In this document: one piece after another, positions 37,001 through 54,726 of the stretch
How positions within the stretch are numbered: the stretch's first letter is position 1
Layout: the number at the start of each line of letters is the position of its first letter
NCBI RefSeq assembly: GCF_009914755.1
Contig: NC_060934.1
Direction: 5' to 3' (one strand)
Origin: the human T2T-CHM13v2.0 reference genome, Homo sapiens
Length of the DNA stretch: 64,000 nucleotides
The notes under the pieces: model-generated
What the model was told of the DNA's origin: nothing
Database searches by the model: none
The model's input: only the letters and a program-made list of their open reading frames with translations
Translations under genes and position numbers: made by a program

Positions 37001-40000
37001 CATTTCTTGTAGGACAGGTCTGGTGCTGATGAAATCCCCCAGCTTTTGTTTGCTTGGGAAAGTCTTTATTTCTCCTTCCTGTTTGAAAGATATTTTTACC
37101 AGATATATTATTCTAGGGTAAAAGCTTTTTTTTTTTTTTCCTTTAACACTTTAAATATGTCATGTCACTCTCTCCTGGCCTGTAATGTTTCCACTGAGAA
37201 ATCTGTTGTCACATGTATTAGAACTCCACTATACATTAATTGTTTCTTGTTTATTGTTGTTTTAGTATCCTTTCTTTACCCTTACTTTTGGAATTTTTAT
37301 TATTAAATGTCTTGAGGTTGTCTTATTTGAGTTCAATCTGCTTTTTGTTCTATAACCTTCTTATATTTGAATATTCATATCTTTCTCTAGGTTTGGGAAG
37401 TTCTCTTTTATTATCCCTTTAAATTAAACTTTTTAACTCATCTCTGTCTCTTCTTTAAGGCTAATAACTCTCGGATTTTCCCTTTTGAGGCTGTTTTCTA
37501 GATATCATGGGTGTGCTTCATTCTTTTTCAGTCTTTTGAATTTTATCTCCCCTGACTGTGTATTTTCAAGCAGTCTGTCTTCAATTCTTTCTGTCTGTCT
37601 CACTAATTCTTTCTTCTGCCCAGTCAATTCTGCTGTAAAGAGACTCTAATGAATTCTTTGGTATGTCAATTGCATTTGTCAACTCTAGAAATTCTGCTTG
37701 ATTCTTTCTAATTATTTCAATCTCTTCGTCAAATTTATCTGATAGGATACTGAATTTCTTCTCTGTGTTAGCTTAAATTTCTTTGAGTTTCCTTAAAACG
37801 GCTATTTTACATTCTCTCTCTGAAAGGTCACATACCTCTGCCTCTTTATGATTGGTCACTGGTGCCTTATTTAGTTTACATGGTGATGTCATGTTTTCCT
37901 AAATGATCTTGATGGTTGTGGATATTAGTCAGCGTCTGGGCATTTATTGAAGTCTTTGAAGTCTGGGCTTATTTGTACCCATCCTTTTTGATAAGGCTTT
38001 CCAGGTAGTAGTCAAAGGGACTCAGATTTTATGATCTAAGTATTTGTTCACTGTAGTTGTATCTGCATTAGGGGGTCATCCAAAATCCAGTAATGCTTTG
38101 GTTCTTACAGACTTGTAGAGGCACAACCTTGGTGGTCTTGTATAAAATCTGGAAGAATTCTCCAGATCATTAGACGTACTCTTGTTCTCTTCCTTATTTC
38201 TCCCAAACAAATGGATTCTGCTGAGGTAACGAGCTGGGGAAGGGGTGACACAAGCACCCCTGTGGCCGCTACAACTGGGACTGCACTAGGTCAGTCCTGA
38301 AGCCAGCACAGCACTGGATCTCACTCAGAGCTTGTGGTAACTACTGCCTGGCTACTGCCTATGTTTTCTCAAGGCCCTAGGGCTCTACAGTCAACAGCTG
38401 GCAAAGCCAGCTTGGCTTGTGCCCTTTCTTTCAGGGCAGTGATTTCTCCCTGATCCCAAGTGAGTCCACAGCTGCCATCTGTGAGCCCGGGCCTGGAGTC
38501 AGGTACCTTAGGAGAGTCTACCTGGTGCTCTATTCCACTGCAGCTGAGCTGACATCCAAATCACAAGGCAAAGTCCTCCCACTCTTCCTCCCATTTGCAC
38601 AAGCAGAAGAGTCACTACCCACAGACACCACCACCCCAGGCCTGCAGTGAGTACTGTCTGGCTACTACTGAGGTTCATTTAAGGCCCAAGGGCAATTCAA
38701 TCAGCTTGTGGTGAATGTTACCAGGCCTGAAACTCTCCTTTCAGGATGGCAGGCTCTTCTCTGGCTCAGAGCAAGTCCAAAAATGCTGTCCAAGAGCCAA
38801 GGCCTGGAATCAGGGACCCCAAAAACACACGTAGTACCCTACTTACCCCACTGTGGCCAAACTGGTAACTAAGATGCAAGACAAAGTCCCCTTTACTCTT
38901 TCTTATCTTTTTCCCAAACAGAGGAATTCTTCATTTTAGCCATCACAGCTGGGACTGTGCTGGGTCACACCTGAAAGCCAGCACAGCTCTGAGTCTCATT
39001 CAATGCCCACGGCAAGTACTGCCTGGGTAATGCTGCTAATTATTCAGGACCCAAGGACTCTTTAGCCAGCCCATGATGAATCCTGTCCAGACTGAGTCCT
39101 TCCCTTCAAGGCAGCAGGTTCCCTTCCAGCTCAGGGTGTGTTTAGAAATGTAATCTGGAAGCTAGGGCCCGGAATGGAAACCCCTGCCTGGTACTCTATC
39201 CTACTGTGGCTGAGCTAATATCCAAGTTGTGTGTCAAAGTCCTCTTTTCCCTCTCCTTTTCTCAAGTGGAAGTAAGGAGTCTTTCCTGGAGCTGCAAGCT
39301 GTGCTGCTTGGGGTTGCGGGAGGGGTGATACAAGTACCCCTGGTGTCCCACTGGTTTGTGTGTCCCTCAGGTCGCTGCCTCTGACCCTAGCACAACACCA
39401 GGACTTGCCCCAGAATTGAAGTCCTTGCAGCCTAGACTGGCTTTCAAGTTTGTTTAGGACCTTGGAGCACTTTGGCCTAATGGTGGCAAGGCTTGCTGGA
39501 GCTCAGGTTCCAACCACTGTGGTGGATAATTCCTCTCTGGCTAGGGCTAGTCTAGTTGCTCCCTCTGTGCACATTGGCTGAGTTTTGCCTAGTGTTGCTT
39601 TCCATTATGATAGCACAGCACTGAGTTTCAGTGCAAGGCCCCACTATCACTGCTCTCTCCCTCCCTCAAGTGCACAGATTCTGTCTGTATGATATGTGGC
39701 TGCTGCCAGGGGATTAAGGGAGTGGTGGCATCAGCAATTCAATATTGTCTTTCTTCCCCTCCTCAGTGCCTCTTTTGGTGATATGAAGTTAAAACCAGTT
39801 ACTGTGATCACTCCTCTGATTTTCTGGTTCTTATGAAGATTTTTTTTTTTTTTTTTTGGTGTGGATAGTTGTTCATTTTGGTGTTCTTGTAGGGAAGATG
39901 ATTGGTAAAGGTTTCTACTTGGCCACCCTGCTCTGAGGGCAACCTCCAGTTCTCATTTTTGAGAACCTAAATAGTAGAAAATTACTTTATCTGGAATCTT

Positions 40001-41489
40001 ATAAAGGTAGTCAACCATTAGTTGTGAAATGGAGTATATGAAATTTAAAATCTATATGTCCCCTTATATTTTGCATCTAAATGAACTATTGTAAGTCTAT
40101 TATTTAGCACTGTATTTTATTTCACAAAATATATATTTATTATTAGCACCACTCTAATAAAGGGAAATTTGAGGAAAATATAATGTAAACTCCCTTTATT
40201 CAATATTTAATATCAGCATTTTCTGTGTGTGGAAAACAAATGAAGAAGAGAATAATGTGTCTTCAAGGCAGGAGCAACCATAGACAGAATAACAGGCTTG
40301 AAAGAACTTTGATCTGCAGCAGAAGCTTCCTGCAGCTACTGACTTCACAGAGACAGGGAGGTAATGAGATTCCTGGAGAGGAACACTGCAAAGTAGGTAG
40401 ATTCATTGAGCCCAACACAGTTGCTGTGCATTAATTTTCAGATAATGGAGCATAACTAAAATCAGTACAGGCTGAGGGCTGCAATCTAGACTTCAAGTTT
40501 AGAAGAAGTCAGTGGAACATGAAGAGTAGACGATGTTCACTGCCAGAGAGTTAAAAAAAATATCCTAGGCAGCAGTGATCAAAATCAGATGTGTTGCTAT
40601 AGTAAACTTATTAACTGTCTTTTAGAGTGATAAAATTGTATAATGAATTTAAAGATATTGATTCTAAATGTAAACACTATTTTTGTGTAGAGTCTTAAAT
40701 TTTTCTAATGGAAATTTCATAGGATATTGGTTTATTTATTCAATGAATATAAATACAACTCAGTATTTGCTATGTGTCAAGAGCTAAGCATGGAGACATA
40801 AACAAAACCACATCACTTCCTTCTAGGAGCTCAGAGTCCACTTGGTGAAATAAAACACCAGTGATTCCAGAAGAACATGGAGGGTGCTGCACGAGATGTT
40901 AGGGATATGGAGAAGATGGCCTTACTCGGCTCAGACTGGGAAAGGGGTTTCAAGAAAAGATTTTATTCATGAAATTATCCTTGGTCTCAACGTTTCTCAC
41001 AGGAGGTGAACTGCTTTTTTGTTGATTGCACTGCCAAAATCTGAAGGAGACCTATATTTCTAAACAAAGCTTCTGTGTTTTTTTCTGGGCAATATGCTTG
41101 GGCTTTGTGGTAGACTCAAAATTATCTATTGAGAGATTCAGATACTCCATGAAGGATTTATATAAATATACATATTTTCCCGTGGCAGTCTTAAGAGTCA
41201 ATAGAAATGACTCTACCTGGACTATGTCAATTATTCCATATGCCAATTATGCCCAAATTGTGAATCACATGGAGGTGTTGTGTATTGTGTGTTTGTGTAT
41301 AATAATATACATTTTTTATGTGTGTATATACACAGGATACTGAAATGAGGGTGGATCTGAATATTTTCCAGGACAGATGTAGGGTAGTCTTGTTAGAAAT
41401 AAGTATGCAATGATGACAAGTCTTAAACCCCTTTCTTCTTGAAGACGGATTAAACAAAAGATTTATTTCCAGTGAATCAAGTTGAGAAA

Positions 41490-42036
41490 GAAAAGAAAAG
41501 TAGCATTACAGTGGAGAAAACTGGCAAAAACTAACATTAATCAGTAATGTCATGTGGATATCATGCCCATCCTGATATGATATGATGAGAAGAGTGCTTC
41601 AGCTGTTTGGTACTTTTTTTCTACAAACCTATAACCCCAGACTAATCATGAGAAAACTATTAGACAAATCTAGAATGGAGGACATTCTCCAGGATACTTT
41701 GACAGCACTAGTTGCGATTGTCAGTGTCCTGAAAAACAAGGAAAAACAGAAACCATCACAGACCAGGGTAGCCTGGGAAGACATGCTTACTAAATGCAAT
41801 GTAGTAACCTCAGTTGGATCATGGAACAGAAAGAGGATATTAATGGAAAGTCCGGTGAAATATAAATAAAGTATGTAGTATAGTTAAATAATCATTACCA
41901 ATATTGGTTATTAGCGTTGACAAAACTTAGTTTGTACCACATTAGTGTAATGTGCAAATAATGGGGAAAACTGAATGAAGGATGTACAGGAATGCTGAAC
42001 CATTTTTGAAATTTTTCTGTAAGTCTAAAATTATTT
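41490..42036 (+). mobile_element. L1MC4-like 3' end
   Basis: acagtggagaaaactggcaaa...ataaccccagactaatcatgagaaaac...ctaaatgcaatgt...tctgtaagtctaaaattattt. Confidence 0.75.
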
Positions 42037-43669
42037 CCCTCCCCTCCAGAAAAAAATTCCTTGTGGGGAAATACCAAATATGATAGTTATAATGCTTAAT
42101 TTCTAATTTACCAATACTTATGTTTCACTTCAAACTCATCCAACAAATGAATCAGAATGTTTTGTAATTTAATGACAATGTTCTGTTGAGACTTTGTAGA
42201 TGTGAGTGAAAGAGAACCAATGATAATAAATGACAGAAATTATTAATACCCGCAATTGGATACAATGCATCTCTTTTAAATGAAATTTGCCTTACTAGCA
42301 TATGTATTTTTTTTCTGTATTTAGCTACAATTAGCAGTGCCATGTAGATAGGGGATGACTATTTACAAAAGTCATTTAAATATAGTACAAAATCCTTTTC
42401 ACACAAATTTCAAATGTTGTCAACCTAACAAATTTTTAAAAAATAAAAATGTGCAATCACCCCAACTTTCTATCACAGCTGATGTTACCTAGCATTAGAA
42501 AAATATATGGTGATTTATAACTAATAAATAGTTGAAGGCTTGAATGGTAGAGTTTTAGACAGTTGTTATATATGTATATGTGTGTATGTATGTGTATATA
42601 AACATTATTATATTTAAATGCACACATCTGAAATAGAGAGTACCTTCTTTCTTAACTTTCTTGACTGCAAACCCTCAGTTAAAGCTATCTCGTTATAAGT
42701 GGCTTGCTAGTATTCTTAGAGGTATTAATATCCAGATTATTGAGCCTCACAATGTGCTACCTAGCAATGCCTTGACACCCATGACTCTAGTGATCCTTTC
42801 CACTTTAGTTCAGTTAGTCGTTAGCACAGCCACAGCTTAGAACTCATCATCACGCTCTCCTCTTAGACCATAGCATTTGGAAGAAGTATATGATAATAAA
42901 AAGGATTCTAGGACTGTAATAAAATACTAAGTTGAATTAACAGAAAGCAGTGATATTCACAAGTTTTTACAAAAACAAAAATGAAAATTTTATATATCCA
43001 GCCTAATATACAAATATTACAGTGGTATTAACTTCACATCTCTTCACATCTTTTTGATCTACTGAAATCACATTTATCTACCTCGTGATTTGCCTAATCT
43101 CTGGAAATCAACAGAATAAAATGGACTTTTACCAAGTGTGATGTGAGCTTGAAATCCAAGAATTGTGGCTCCTTTTATTCATGGTATAATTCAGAAACAT
43201 TTTTCTGGTTCTCTGAGCTCCACTTATGCATTGGGGAAAAATGATAAATTGATATATCATATTTTATCCTTAACATGTTTTTAGGAAGATTACATAAGTG
43301 TAAAAATATACAGTAGAGATACATGGTGGATTTTTAACAAATAGTAATTCTTTCTTTATATATTCTGGCAGTAGTACCCTCTGAATCTCAAGGTAAACCA
43401 TCAAAAACATTACAGGACCTAATTGGAGATCTTTTTTTTAGCAAGTAATTAATGAACTCCTATGTGTCTGGTACTATGTCGTGTTCTGATGATAAATGGT
43501 TAATAAGCAAACTTACTATTTAATCAGAAAGCCCAGCAGAAAAAAAGTCAATAAACACATGAAATTAAAATTGCAATAAATGCAAAGGCTTTGAATAAGC
43601 AAATGTGTGAAAAATAATAGAACAAGAAGGAGGCATGCCTCTTTTCTATCTATTTCTCTTCCTCTCTTT

Positions 43670-43700
<31 letters not shown>

Positions 43701-44979
43701 CTCTGTCTTCCCAAACCGATATTTGATTCCACTCTGAAGCTTCTGAGTTGGTTAATTTTGACAAAGAAAGTCAAAACACGTGGCCAATTACTTCAACTAT
43801 AACATATTATAGTTGAACCTTACTGGTATTTTTAAACCCTAAATTAAAGGTCTCATAAGAAACAAAGACGTTTTCAGCAACGCAAAATATATTTTCATAT
43901 TCAACCAATATGGGTTGGCAGGCTGGATTATTTCAATCATACTTCTTATTTAGAGAGGCGGTTTTGAAGAAGGGGGTTGACAATTGCTTCTCAAAGAAGA
44001 AGAGAAGAAGAATGCAGCAGGAAAGCAAGTAGAGACCAGAAAAGGAGATTCTGGATTTGCCAGAGGGAAAGGTGCCGGGCAGTGTGATCACTCATAATAA
44101 CCAGCCCCTTCTTTCTGGCTTTAATTATTTTCTGCTAAGTTCTCCTTTACCCTCGTTTTGCTCATTTTACTTTAGTGTGTGCTTTGTGTTCCTAAAGAAA
44201 TATTATTTTAAAAGCTTGCTTACCCATCATTTCCAGAAGCTAAATTTTTTTCTTCCCATGGGCCCTCCCGTAAACTTCATATCTTCTCTAAATTCCCATA
44301 CCTATTTATCATTCTGCTTCTCATGTTCCTTAAAGCTTTTAACCTTGAACTGTCATCGCTCAGATATATGTATCATTTCCTCTATGAGACTTTACCCCTT
44401 TAAGATCAGTGATCATATTTTATATGTCCACATCATTCAAAATGTTTATCAAATTGCCTTGTATAAGGTACATATTTTTAAAAGGTTTGAAATAATAAAT
44501 TTGACACAATAAATGTTTATCCATAGACTGTTTTGATTATCACTAAAGGACCTTATTTCTACAGCTACAATCAGAGTGTTTTTCACATCAAAAATCATTA
44601 AGTTTTCTCTAGTAAATATGTTTTATTCAGGCTGTGCTTCCAAACTGGAATAGATAATGTTGAAGATCACGAATACGGCTACCTTGAAGTTAATAAAACT
44701 TTTAACAAAGTTAAGATTGAAACAAAGGATTTAATCCCTAAAGGACTGTAAAAATGTACAAGATTCTTTAACTGACAATTTTTTTACAGCAGAGCTATCT
44801 CTATTGATTTCATCAATGAATCTAGAAACAGCAGAGATATGATTAAACATTGAAAAATTGCAAATGAAAATTGCTTTAATAAATGCAATGATATTGTTAT
44901 TTAATATGCAACATTGGAACGTTAGCAATATGCATTTTATTTATTAATACCTACATGAATCTCTCAAATTATTTGTAGT

Positions 44980-45383
44980 GTTTTTAAATTTTAGATTCAG
45001 GGGGTACATGTGCTTGTTTATTACATGGTTATTACGTGTATAATGGTGGGGTTTGGGCTTCTAGTGCACCCATCACCCAAATTGAACATTGTATGCAGTA
45101 GATAATTTTTCAACCTTCATCCCCCGCCACCACCCTTCCCCTTTTTGGAATCTCCACAGTCTATTCTTCCCTCTTTATGTCCATGTGTACCTGTTGTGCT
45201 CCCACTTATAAGTGAGAACACCTGATATTGGATTTTCTGTTTCTGAGTTAGCTCATTTAGGATAATGACCTCCAGATCCATCCATGTTGCCTCAAAGAAC
45301 ATGATTTCAGAGGAATACAATTAGACTCCTATCTCTCACCATATACAAAAATTAAATCAAAGTATATTAAAAACCCAAATGTA
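44980..45383 (-). mobile_element. Older L1PA16/17-like element: minus-strand 3'UTR (44980-45309) joined to an inverted ORF2 piece (45310-45383, resuming 51555-~51595)
   Basis: ttttagattcagggggtacatgtg...catgatttca switches directly to plus-strand ORF2 (gactcctatctctcaccatatacaaaaatt), which continues after the L1PA5 (aaactataaaaatcctaga). Confidence 0.8.
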
Positions 45384-45571
45384 GAGGCAGTTCCAAGATG
45401 GCCGGATAGAAACAGCTCCAGTCTACAGCTCCCAGCATGAGCAACACAGAAGAAAGATGATTTCTGCATTACCAACTGAGGTACTGGGTTCATCTCACTG
45501 GGGAGTGTCAGACAGTGGGTGCAGGACAGTGGGTGCAGTGCACCAAGCATGAGCCGAAGCAGGGCGAGGCA

Positions 45572-45835
45572 TCACCTCACCCAGGAAGTGCAAGGGGTCA
45601 GGGAATTCCCTTTCCTAGCCAAGGAAATGGGTGACAGATGGCACCTGGAAAATCGGGTCACTCCCACACTAATACTGAGCTTTTCCAACGGTTTTAGCAA
45701 ATGGCACACCAGGAGATTATATCCTGCACCCGGCTTGGAGGGTCCTATGCCCACAGAGCCTCGCTCATTGCTAGCACAGCAGTCTGAGATCAAACTGCAA
45801 GGTGGCAGCGAGGCTGGGGGAGGGGTGCCCACCAT
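45572..45835 (-). CDS. ORF0: LINE-1 ORF0 homologue (antisense 5'UTR ORF), open, 87 aa; expression unknown
   Basis: ATG at 45835; MVGTPPPASLPPCSLISDCCASN...VGVTRFSRC matches primate L1 ORF0 and runs without a stop to TGA at 45572. Confidence 0.6.
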   Translation of the reverse strand: MVGTPPPASLPPCSLISDCCASNERGSVGIGPSKPGAGYNLLVCHLLKPLEKLSISVGVTRFSRCHLSPISLARKGNSLTPCTSWVR

Positions 45836-46409
45836 TGCTGAGGCTTGAACAGGTAAACAAAGCGGCCAGGAAGCTCGAATTGAGTGGAGCCCACTGCAGC
45901 TCAAGGAGACCTGCCTGCCTCTGTAGACTCCACCTCTGGAGGCAGGGCATAGCCAAACAAAAGGCAGCAGAAACCTCTGCAGACTTAAATGTCCCTGTCT
46001 GACAGGTTTAAAGAGAGTAGTGGTTCTCCCAGCACACAGCGTGAGATCTGAGAACGGACAGACTGCCTCCTCAAGTGTGTCCCTGACCCCCGAGTAGCCT
46101 AACTCGGAGGCACCCCCCAGTAGGGGCAGACTGACACCTCACACGGCCGAGTACCCCTCCGAGGAAAAACTTCCAGAGAAATGATCAACAGCAACATTTG
46201 CTGTTCACCACTATTCGCTGATCTGCAGCCTCTGCTGCTGATACCCAGGCAAACAGGATCTGAAGTGGGCCTCTGGCAAACTCCAACAGACCTGCAGCTG
46301 AGGGTCCTGACTGTTAGAAGGAAAACTAACAAACAGAAAGGACAACAACACCAAAACCCCATCTGTATGTCACCATCATCAAAGACCAAAGGTAGATAAA
46401 ACCACAAAG

Positions 46410-47426
46410 CTGGGGAAAAAACAGAGCAGAAAAACTGAAAATTCTAAAAATCAGAGCACTTCTCCTCCTCCAAAGGAGCGCAGCTCCTCACCAGCAACGG
46501 AGCAAAGCTGGACGGAGACTGACTTTGACAAGTTGAGAGAAGAAGGCTTCAGAAGATCAAACTACTCCGAGCTAAAGGAGGAACTTCAAACCCATGGCAA
46601 AGAAGTTAAAAACCTTGAAAAAAAATTAGACGAATGGATAACTAGAATAACCAATGCAGAGAAGTCCTTAAAGGGCCTGATGGAGCTGAAAATCATGGCA
46701 TGAGAACTACGTGATGCATGCACAAGCTTCAGTAGCTGATTCAATCAACTGGAAGAAAGGGTATCAGTGATGGAGGATCAAATGAATGAAATGAAGTGAG
46801 AAGAGAAGTTTAGAGAAAAAAGAATAAAAAGAAATGAACAAAGCCTCCAAGAAATATGGGACTATGTGAGAAGACCAAATCTATGTCTGATTGGTATATC
46901 TGAAAGTGACGGGGAGAATGGAACCAAGTTGGAAAACACTCTGCAGGATATTATCCAGGAGAACTTCCCCAATCTAGCAAGGCAGGCCAACATTCAAATT
47001 CAGGAAATACAGAGAATGCCACAAAGATACTCCTTGAGAAGAGTAACTCCAAGACACATAATTGTCAGATTCACCAAAGTTGAAATGAAGGAAAAAATGT
47101 TAAGGGCAGTCAGAGAGAAAGGTCGGGTTACCCACAAAGGGAAGCCCATCAGACTAACAGTTGATCTCTCGGCAGAAACTCTACAAGCCAGAAGAGAGTG
47201 GGGACCAATATTCAACATTCTTAAAGAAAAGAATTTTCAACCCAGAATTTCATATCCAGCCAAACTAAGCTTCATAAATGAAGGAGAAATAAAATACTTT
47301 ACAGAGAAGCAAATGTTGGGAGATTTTGTCACCACCAGGCCTGTCCTACAAGAGCTCCTGAAGCAAGCACTGAACATGGAAAGGAACAACTGGTACCGTC
47401 CACTGCAAAGACATGCCAAATTGTAA
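46410..47426 (+). pseudogene. L1 ORF1p pseudogene
   Basis: 1017-nt frame length retained, but the start is CTG instead of ATG and there are in-frame TGA stops at 46701, 46737 and 46797; C-terminal half open (RRPNL, ARREWG, YPAKLS). Confidence 0.93.
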
Positions 47427-47489
47427 AGACCATCAAGGCTAGGAAGAAACTGCATCAACTAACAAGCAAAATAACCAGCTAACATCATA

Positions 47490-51315
<3,826 letters not shown>

Positions 51316-54235
51316 ACAATGAGAACACCTGGACACAGGAAGGGGAACATCACACACCAGGGCCTGTTGTGGAGTGGGGGGACGGGGGAGGGATAGCATT
51401 AGGAGATATACCTAATGTTAAATGACGAGTTAATGGGTGCAGCAAACCAACATGGCACATGTATACATAAGTAACAAACCTGCACATTGTGCACATGTAC
51501 CCTAAAAGTTAAAGTATAATAAAAATAAATAAATAAAATAAATACCCATATGTAAAACCCCAAACTATAAAAATCCTAGATGAACAACTAGGATTAACTG
51601 AAGAATTAAATTACTTCTGATAGAAGCCTAATCCTCAGAAAACTTGGCATTGAAAATAATCAATATGTACCTGTCTGAGCAGTGGTCCTCTGGTTGCTTA
51701 CTACATAAAGAGACAGAAACAAACCACTACCTCTAGGGTACCTACCTCTCTTCTTTCCTCTTTCCTTCTTTTATGACCTATTTTTGTTTCCTACTTTTAT
51801 CCCTTTATATCTTTCAAACATGTCATCAGTATGTATGGGGGACACATTAATATTCTGAAGTAAATTGATGATGGGATTTCATTCTGGATGTTATAACTTC
51901 AGAATGTACTTGGCAGTATTCTGATCCACAAGGAGAAAAATGATCAATAAGGCTCATTTACTTTCTCTGATCCCTCCTGAAAAGTGCTGAGACAACTTTT
52001 TCAACACTCTTGCTATGCTCATGGCCAATACCCAATATACTTCATCTGAACATTGCTGAAAAATAGGCATCATTTTTTCTTCTGCCATCACTTTGTTCTG
52101 AATAGCATAAATATTTTTTGGTCCATGAGTCTAGATAAAGAATTCTTCCAGTTTATCCTAGCAGAAAAAATTGGCAAGGAATTCACACTCTACTTTTATC
52201 CTCCTAATTTGATATGAGGCTGCTAATAGAAACATTCATGTAAATGATACATATTAGCAGCTGACCTTGAAAAATAACAACATTTCCCACATACAAACAA
52301 GTCTCCACTTGGCACTTTACTAGTGATAATGATCCAGAACAGGTGTTAATTCTCAATTTGCAGGTTCATTATGAATCTGTTAAAGTTTAGAAGTTGAACA
52401 TGTCTCTCATGTGATTCCAAATTTCGCCATTTTCATCTATATAGTGGGTTTATGTTCTCTTACTTACAAAGAACATATGCTCTGCAATGGTAATGTGGTC
52501 CATAGCATATTCAGTATTACATAAACATTCTTTCTCTTGAAGCATTTACCTACAAATGTAATGTATTCTCAGCTCCCCTCCTCATTTTAAAAGTTCATTT
52601 AGATGACAAACTGTGGATTTCTTTAAAACGTTTTCACTTTTTCCCATGTACTTTTATAAAAGTTTGCACATCTTTTTTGTGGTGTACTCAGAAGCGCATT
52701 TGTTTCTAACAGCATAGATACATATATTGCTGCCCATTTGAATCATTTGTTTTGTTTTCTATGGGGCAGAGAGTAATGTGAAAACAAATTAGTATTAGTC
52801 ATGAAAGCTTTCTCAAAAATCAAAGTGTTATATATTCATACATGCATTGTCCCACTTTGAAATGACCAGCAGTAGGCACTGATAATATTTAAATACAATG
52901 ATTAAAATTTTTTTCTTAAAAAATAGGTTTTCTTCAGGATAAGTCAGATAAAACATAATAAAGTTACCTGGTGAATCTTCAAAATGTTGGAAACCAGAAA
53001 TCTTACTGGAACTAGTGAGAGAAATCTTTGAGCTTACACTGAAGTATAAGAATGTAAGTGTATTGGAAATATCATATTCAACATGGAACATAAATAGAAG
53101 TAGGCAGAACATATGAGAAAGTCAAGAATATTAACATAGATACCAAGACTAGAATGCCTGTAAGTAAAAAACATAAATGAAATAATTTGAAGTAGAAGTA
53201 AACAATTTAAATATGGTTACTTTTACTTTAATTTACAGTAAAGTATTTGAAAACTTGAAATAGTCTCATATATGTTGTTATTTAAATTTCATTTTAAATA
53301 TGTTGAAATCAAATTAGAGTTAACCAATTAGTTACAAGTATCTGAGAAATCATTGCTGGAATGCAAGAGAAAAGAAACAAGAAACAGAACCATCATGTAT
53401 TAAATGCCTACGGTGTGCCAGATACGCCTTTTAAAACTTTTGCATGATTTTTCCCAGTTAACCCTCACAAATAGCCTAACAAGTTAAAATGTTGTTTTAT
53501 TCAGATAAAATAATTGAAAATTTGAAAAGTTTGATTCACGTACCTATACCAACACAAACACTAAGTAGTGAAGCCAGAATTTAACCTCATCTCCTTCATA
53601 CTCTATCATTTCATATTCTTCTCAGAGGAACCTCAGTGACATCCAGTTGTGCAGAAATATATGTGCCTGCTTGGTAGGAAGGATTTGAACCTGCATTAAG
53701 AAGCAATCTAAAGTTATTTCAGTTGGAGTGGCCATGAGGCAGAGATATTGGATTTTTCATGGTTGTTAATTGCAATGGGAGGAAGAGCTGTTATGTTAGA
53801 GGAGATTTAGTTCAGTAAGAGCTGTTTATGGCAGAGAAAGCAAGAATGGTGTAGTAAAGAGTCTGCAGAGACACTAAGTACCTTTTCTCAAACACATTTG
53901 ACTCCCAGATAAGGATGCTCACTAAAATGATAAAGTATGGTGTCCAGGTAAAACTTATTGCCTGAGAAACTGGGAGAAGATGCAGTTTTAACTTGTTCTC
54001 TCAAGCAAAACTTGGAAAGACCATATTTTGAAAATGTTTGTTTGCTTTCTTGTTCTAATTGAATACAGCAAGTGTAAAAATGCCTTGAATTTCAAGGACC
54101 TAAGAAAGTCAAAATAGCCTGAAGACTTTTATTAATACAAAAGCTGATGATGTTTGTAAGAAATACAAACTCATGGCCCTCATATAATAAGTTTGAGGCC
54201 AGAACCTCAAACTTATTATATGAGAGCCATGAGGT

Positions 54236-54726
54236 TATATTAGTTTTTTCCAGAGAAACGGAACCTATATAGGACATGTATATAGGCACTGAGAGCAAGA
54301 GATTTATAATGGGAATTGGTTTGCATGATTATGGAGGCCAAGAAGTCCAACAATATGCCATCTGCAAACTGGAGAACCAGGGAAGCCAGGGGTGGAGGGT
54401 GTGGGTAGTGGGAAGCTAGTATAAATCCTGGAGCCTGGGAACCAAGATCTCTGATGTTCAAATGTCCAAGGGCAGGAGAAGATGGATGTTTCAGCTTAAG
54501 GAGAGACAGGAAACTTATCCTTCCTCCACCTTTTTGTTCTATTTAGGCAGTAAAGAACTGAGTAAGGAACTACATTCCTGAAGGTGGATTTTCTTTACTC
54601 AATCTAGTAATTCAAATGTTGGTCTCCTCCAGAAACACCTTTACAGACACACCAAAAATAATGTTTTACCAGCTATCTCAGTATTATTTAATCCAATCAA
54701 GAAGACACATAAAATTAACAATAACA
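54236..54726 (-). mobile_element. ERVL solo LTR of the older MLT2 group (B/C/D-like)
   Basis: tattag...ccagagaaac...tgattatggaggc...atctgcaaactggagaacc...aataatgttttaccagctatc...gacacataaaattaacaataaca. Confidence 0.75.

Noticed and set aside
44057-44512. 151-aa plus-strand ORF
   Set aside because: TTG start, T-rich composition, no domain similarity; probably a chance ORF partly over decayed repeat.
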